Below, piece after piece: positions 59,297-64,000 of a stretch of 64,000 bases of DNA. Origin of the DNA: Candidatus Delongbacteria bacterium (GTDB lineage: Bacteria > CAIWAD01). Within the stretch, counting starts at the first letter, position 1. Every line of letters starts with the position of its first letter. The position numbers and the translations under genes were made by a program. Location: positions 2,464,001 through 2,528,000 of the forward strand of contig OY760505.1 in the NCBI GenBank assembly GCA_963663545.1. Direction: 5' to 3'. The notes below the pieces were generated by a model. That model worked only from the letters and a program-made list of their open reading frames with translations. It was not told the origin of the DNA and did not search any database.

Positions 59297-59343
59297 CCTA
59301 CTCCTCCGAGGCTTTACTGGCCCCTTCTCCCTGTGGTATCCTA

Positions 59344-59371
59344 ACATCGGCATAGGAAGAATTGCTATTCA
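59344..59371 (-). promoter_or_regulatory. Sigma28-type promoter of chemoreceptor 4
   Basis: TGAA-N16-GCCGATGT on the minus strand. Confidence 0.75.
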
Positions 59372-59474
59372 GTTGATTTTTGAATTATTGCGTTACGATT
59401 AACGAATTTGAATAATTTTCAAGCGTTATTTGCTCATGTTTCAGTGAATGTCTACTGGAGAAGTTCAAAGCCGC

Positions 59475-59508
59475 AAAGCCCTCCTCGTACTTGGCACAAG
59501 GAGGGCTT
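59475..59508 (-). terminator. Terminator after chemoreceptor 5
   Basis: AAGCCCTCCT...AGGAGGGCTT inverted repeat. Confidence 0.7.
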
Positions 59509-59531
59509 CACGGTTCAGTTCGATTCTATAA

Positions 59532-61232
59532 CTACTCTCTGCGCATCTCCACCAGGAAGCTGTCCATTGCCTCGCGCATTTCTTCTGCCTGATGGGAAAG
59601 CTGTCCCGCAGCCTGCGACACGTTCTGCGCAATCATTCCCGTGCTGTTGGCAGCCTCGCTGACGTCGGCGATGTTGCGCGTTACGTCATTGGTTCCTGCT
59701 GCCGCCTGCTGCACGTTCTGCGCAATTTCGTTGGTGGTGGCACTTTGCTCTTCCACCGCGCCAGCGATGCTGGACGAAACCTCGCTGATGCGCTCAATGG
59801 TTTCGCGAATGGATGCAATGCTGACGGTGGCTTCCTTGGTGGCTTGCTGCACTTCGTTGATCTGGCGAGCGATGTCGTCAGTGGCCTCAGCCGTTTGATT
59901 GGCCAAAGTTTTCACTTCGGCGGCCACCACGGCAAAGCCCTTGCCCGACTCACCCGCGCGCGCTGCCTCGATAGTAGCGTTCAGGGCCAGTAGATTGGTC
60001 TGCTCGGCAATGGAATTGATCAGCTCCAGGATTTCGCCAATCTGCCGTGCCGTTCCGTTGAGCGCCTCCATCTGGGCCGAGACCTTCACCGATCCGTTGA
60101 CCGCTTCGCTGGCAACTTGTACCGCATTCGCCACCTGCTGGCTGATCTCGTTCACCGTAGTCGCCAGTTCTTCGGCAGCGCTGGCAACGGTAGCGACGTT
60201 CGCAGCTGCCTGCTCGGCGGCGGCGGCCACGGTTGCACTTCGATCACTTGTAGCACCGGCGTTGTTCTGCATTTCCTCGGCACTGTGAGCCAGCTCGGTT
60301 GCTGCCGCTGCGACGCTTTCCATCACGCCCTGCATGCTGCCCTCGATGCGGTCGGCCAGCTGCAGTGTAGCCCGTCGACGCTCCGCCGCGGCCTCCTGCT
60401 GCATGCGTTCCTGCTCCTTGCGCAGAGCCTGGTTTTCCTGGGCATTGGTTTTGAACACAGCCAAGGCCTTTGCCAGATCGCCAATCTCGTTCTTGCGCTC
60501 GGAGAACTTGATATCGATATCCAGCTCGCCTTTAGCCAGGCGTCCCATATCTTGAGTGATGCTGGCCAGGGGTGTGTTGATAAGCTTGATGATAATGCCC
60601 GACAAGAGCACCAGAATCATCAGCATGGCCAGCAGAATAGCGCTGAGCACGCCGAAGGATTTCCAGAAGGCGGCGGAGACATCATTTAAATAGACGCCGG
60701 AGCAGATCATCCAGCCCCATTCGGGGAAGATATGTGCGGCACCTAGTTTGGGACTGGGCGTGTTCTCGCCGGGGCGCGGCCAGTAGTAGTGGACATAGCC
60801 ACGGCCGTCGGCAGAGGCGTGAGCGTTTTCCTTGAGCACGCGAAAGAGGTAGATCTTGTTGCGCCCCTTGTCCTGCTCGTTGTTCATGTCCTGGCCCTCG
60901 AGCTCTGGCTTGACAGGGTGCATCAGCATGATGTTCTCGGCATCCGTCACGTAGAGGTAATCGCCGTGACCGAACTTCATGCCGCGAATGGCTTCCATGG
61001 CAAAGGTTTGTGCCTCTTCCAACGACAGCGTACCGGCCTTTGCCTGCGCGGCATAGGTGCCCGCTATATTGCTGGCGCATTCAATGATGTGATCCACTTC
61101 GCGCACAAAGCCTTTGCGTGTGTCATGGCGCGTCATCATGGCACTTATCAGCATCAACAAGACGAATGCAGCGCCGCTGATCCAGACAATGATCCGGATC
61201 TGCTGCCCAATTTTCATGCCGGTAATCTTCAT
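59532..61232 (-). CDS. Methyl-accepting chemotaxis protein 5 (sCache_2 sensor; closest paralogue of chemoreceptor 4)
   Basis: GGAGG RBS before 61232 (MKITGM). Motifs '[10 protein letters not shown]' and '[11 protein letters not shown]', plus the MCP hairpin. Confidence 0.95.
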   Translation of the reverse strand: MKITGMKIGQQIRIIVWISGAAFVLLMLISAMMTRHDTRKGFVREVDHIIECASNIAGTYAAQAKAGTLSLEEAQTFAMEAIRGMKFGHGDYLYVTDAENIMLMHPVKPELEGQDMNNEQDKGRNKIYLFRVLKENAHASADGRGYVHYYWPRPGENTPSPKLGAAHIFPEWGWMICSGVYLNDVSAAFWKSFGVLSAILLAMLMILVLLSGIIIKLINTPLASITQDMGRLAKGELDIDIKFSERKNEIGDLAKALAVFKTNAQENQALRKEQERMQQEAAAERRRATLQLADRIEGSMQGVMESVAAAATELAHSAEEMQNNAGATSDRSATVAAAAEQAAANVATVASAAEELATTVNEISQQVANAVQVASEAVNGSVKVSAQMEALNGTARQIGEILELINSIAEQTNLLALNATIEAARAGESGKGFAVVAAEVKTLANQTAEATDDIARQINEVQQATKEATVSIASIRETIERISEVSSSIAGAVEEQSATTNEIAQNVQQAAAGTNDVTRNIADVSEAANSTGMIAQNVSQAAGQLSHQAEEMREAMDSFLVEMRRE

Positions 61233-61261
61233 CGTTCCTCCGCGTTCTCCAAGGTGCTGTA

Positions 61262-61289
61262 ACATCGGCATTAATACAGACGTTATTGA
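61262..61289 (-). promoter_or_regulatory. Sigma28-type promoter of chemoreceptor 5
   Basis: TCAA-N16-GCCGATGT on the minus strand. Confidence 0.75.
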
Positions 61290-61304
61290 TTGCTGCAGGC
61301 AAAG

Positions 61305-61332
61305 AAAAGCCCCCGACCATGGCCGGGGGCTT
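61305..61332 (-). terminator. Terminator after the large secreted protein
   Basis: AAAAGCCCCCG...CGGGGGCTT. Confidence 0.75.
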
Positions 61333-61351
61333 GCTGTGATTCATGAACGAT

Positions 61352-64000
61352 CTACTTCATCAACATCAGCTTCATCTGTTCCTGCACCCCATCCGCGTGC
61401 AACTGCATGATGTACATGCCCGAGGCAAGGTTTGCGGCCTCCCAAACAACTTCGTGCTCTCCTGCAGGAAGCCGTTGTCCAGCCAACAGGTTGCCAACCA
61501 ACTGGCCACGCAGGTTGTACACGCGCAATGACACAGGACCTGCCTGGGCCAGCTCGAAGGCGATGCGCGTCGACGGGTTGAAGGGGTTGGGCCACGCACC
61601 ACAAAGGCGAGTGCTTGTGGGCAAGGTCGCATGTGATACATCGGTACTCACATTCATGGACAATGGTACGACGATGTTCGGCTGCTCCGTGCTGTTGATC
61701 GAAATCACCAGGCTCATATTGTATTCGCCGTCGGGGACGAGAAAGCCGGGGCTGCTCGTGAAGGTCAGGGGAAGTGTGGTGGATTCTCCATCCCAAAGGA
61801 TGCCTTCCGCATCAATGGGCAGAGAGACCCAGCCGGGCGGTGTCAGCGTTGCGCACCAGGGCTCGCGATCGGCGATACTCTCGTTGTAGAGGAGCGTCAA
61901 GCCCTCTGTGGTGGTGCCCTGAATGCCTATAGTGCCGCTATCGCCTTCGTCATAGATCTCACTATCTGTGTTCAGCACTTGCAGAGTGATTTCGCCCAGA
62001 CGGTGCATGATGATCTGGAAAGTAAAGGGGCCGCCATGACTGAAGGGATTGTAGTGCGGTACATCCTGCCAGGTGACAACCAGGCTGTCGCTGCCGTCGC
62101 TCCACCACCAACAGTAGCCGGCGGTGTTGGGCTCGGGCTTCAAATTGTCCCACCATCCTGCCACGATAAACTCAGGAGCACTGGCGGAAGGAAGCTCCGT
62201 GTTATTCGGGTAGGCGTCGCCGTCGCTAAAGGCGATGTAGCCATTGGGGCTGATGCGGAAATCGTTGCAGCGCCTGCCGTATAAGTGCACAAACATGCCG
62301 GGATCAATCAAAGCGGAGCACGAATCGTGATGAGCAAAAGTGACTGCGTGCCCGTCGGCTTCATGATCCACCCAGTTGAACTCGGGACCATCGGCTTCCG
62401 CGTTGTCCTTCCAGGTGTAACCAAAGGAATCTGGTCCGCCGGAGTCGCGGCTTGGATTTTCAAGATGCGCTGACCAGACCAAGGGCATCTGGCCCAGGTT
62501 TTCCAGCAGCAAGTCTACACTCTGTTCGCCTTCGTCGTAGAAGCTGACGCTGACGCTTTCCATGCTGATGCCCAGTTCCGGCGGAGACAAGGCACCGCTG
62601 AGGGTCGTTGTGAGCAGGATGGCGCGTCCATCGGCGATGCTATGCATAGTGGAGTTCAAGACGTGGTAGTTGAGCAGGTTCAGGCCGACGTTCGATTCGT
62701 GATTCTTGATTCCTACGCTGCAATAAGGGAAGTCGGTGCTTGCGTTTTGATTGTCATTGAAGTCGGCATACTGGAACAAGAAGCTTCCATCGCCCGTGAT
62801 CGTCGGGTAGTAGGCCGGGTCGTTCAGTAGCAACTGGAATGTGTTGGGGCCACCGCTGGAGTTGGCGGACAGGTTGTTCCAGGTGAAGACGGCACGGTTC
62901 ATCTCTTCATCGTACCAGTAATAGACTCCGTTTGTAGTGGAAGTACTGCCGGTCAGGTGGTCATCCCACATCGGGGCGATCATGGCATCGGGGCCGATGG
63001 CAGAGGGGAAATAGTGATTGCGGAAATCCACTTCGCCGAAGCCATTCTCCGCGAAGGAGATAAAGCCGTTGGAGCAGACAAAGACGCGGTCGTAGTCCTG
63101 ACCATAGAAAGTGAAGGTGAAGGGCAGGTCCATCCAGAGGGCGTCGTCTTGCTCGTTGCCGCCATCGTAGATGTCCAGTCGCTCGCCCGAACCTCCATTT
63201 TGCGGAACGATTTCCACCCACTCGTATTCGGGGGCCATGTCGTAGCCCGTGTCCAGATCTTCAAAAGCCCAGTAGCCGTAGCTGTCGGGGCCAGTCGGGT
63301 CGTTTGCCGTCGGCGTGCCAATGTCAAGTGAAAGCTCGGTGCTGCCCAGCATGTTGAGGCTACCGGAAACCCAGCTCAGGCGCATGGGTGCCTGCATGCC
63401 CGGTACGGCCAAATCGCTCAGGGATACGGTGAAACTCAGATTCTCGTAATCCCCCGGAGCAAAAGCGTTAACGGTGATGGGTAAAGTGTCCTCAACACTC
63501 ACCATCGAGGCTATCAACCCCTCGAGAGTGAAGCTAAGATCGTCGGTCTGGGAGCCTACGTTTTCGACACGAAGAACCACTTCGGCTGTGTCACCTGGAT
63601 CGGGAGAACCCGCGGGGAAGCTGATGACCCGGATTTCCGGCAGAGCGCTACCGACAACAAGCGGCAAACGGTAGTCGTGCGTAGATGTACCGACAACAAC
63701 ACTCAACTGCAAGGGTAGCACTTGACCGTCGGCCAGTTCCTGCGGAACGGAAAGCGTGTATCCATCGAGGATTGTATCACCGTCGGGTGCCAAGGTGATG
63801 CTGCCGGACGGAGTGCCACTGAGAGTGCCGAATTCCTCCGCCAGGCTGAGGAAGACGTTGTCGATCTCAAGGGTGGAAGCTCCTTCATTGCGCAGTGTCA
63901 GGCTCAACGTCTGATCGCTCGTGCCAGGAACGATGTGGTCGTTTGAGCCGAAGCTCCACCCGGCAAGGGTCAGGCCCAGGCCTGCTACAACATCTACGCT
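61352..64000 (-). CDS. Large secreted multidomain protein with a T9SS/FlgD-type tail; N-terminus lies outside the window
   Basis: The frame is open to base 64000. It has two 'GPDS(Y/F)GY...NG(F/Y)I.F...WD' domains and tail 'WPNPFNPST...YNLRG...LASGMY...KLMLMK'. Confidence 0.85.
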   Translation of the reverse strand, partial: SVDVVAGLGLTLAGWSFGSNDHIVPGTSDQTLSLTLRNEGASTLEIDNVFLSLAEEFGTLSGTPSGSITLAPDGDTILDGYTLSVPQELADGQVLPLQLSVVVGTSTHDYRLPLVVGSALPEIRVISFPAGSPDPGDTAEVVLRVENVGSQTDDLSFTLEGLIASMVSVEDTLPITVNAFAPGDYENLSFTVSLSDLAVPGMQAPMRLSWVSGSLNMLGSTELSLDIGTPTANDPTGPDSYGYWAFEDLDTGYDMAPEYEWVEIVPQNGGSGERLDIYDGGNEQDDALWMDLPFTFTFYGQDYDRVFVCSNGFISFAENGFGEVDFRNHYFPSAIGPDAMIAPMWDDHLTGSTSTTNGVYYWYDEEMNRAVFTWNNLSANSSGGPNTFQLLLNDPAYYPTITGDGSFLFQYADFNDNQNASTDFPYCSVGIKNHESNVGLNLLNYHVLNSTMHSIADGRAILLTTTLSGALSPPELGISMESVSVSFYDEGEQSVDLLLENLGQMPLVWSAHLENPSRDSGGPDSFGYTWKDNAEADGPEFNWVDHEADGHAVTFAHHDSCSALIDPGMFVHLYGRRCNDFRISPNGYIAFSDGDAYPNNTELPSASAPEFIVAGWWDNLKPEPNTAGYCWWWSDGSDSLVVTWQDVPHYNPFSHGGPFTFQIIMHRLGEITLQVLNTDSEIYDEGDSGTIGIQGTTTEGLTLLYNESIADREPWCATLTPPGWVSLPIDAEGILWDGESTTLPLTFTSSPGFLVPDGEYNMSLVISINSTEQPNIVVPLSMNVSTDVSHATLPTSTRLCGAWPNPFNPSTRIAFELAQAGPVSLRVYNLRGQLVGNLLAGQRLPAGEHEVVWEAANLASGMYIMQLHADGVQEQMKLMLMK

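Noticed and set aside
51343..61262. Many similar plus-strand ORFs within the chemoreceptor cluster
   Set aside because: They are antisense readings of the repeated signalling domains, and their similarity comes from the paralogy of those genes.

Overview
A gene-dense, GC-rich (about 58-60% by eye) bacterial chromosome segment, probably from an FCB-superphylum lineage. That placement is inferred from four secreted proteins with T9SS/FlgD-Ig-type 'PNPFNP' tails, a GldG-DUF4340 module and a GlmU that has only its N-terminal domain. The window holds housekeeping genes (pyrC, pgsA, hldD, class-V aminotransferase-serA-DUF1015, xdhABC, purB, eno, ftsB, mnmA, panB, panC, rsfS, mtnA, uppS, a TamB-like gene). 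It also holds three tandem secreted beta-helix paralogues with a shared non-T9SS C-terminal domain, and five tandem chemoreceptors, each with its own sigma28-type promoter and terminator. I saw no rRNA, tRNA, CRISPR array or IS element. The most unusual signal is not a gene. It is a dispersed, degenerate 7-bp palindrome, GTRWYAC (mainly GTGATAC/GTATCAC, usually as YGTRWYACR). I counted about 170 copies by hand. It occurs in all reading frames, on both strands and in intergenic DNA, which resembles a HIP1-like or nucleoid-protein-site system I cannot match to a known motif. All counts are manual, and all protein assignments come from recognising motifs, not from database searches.
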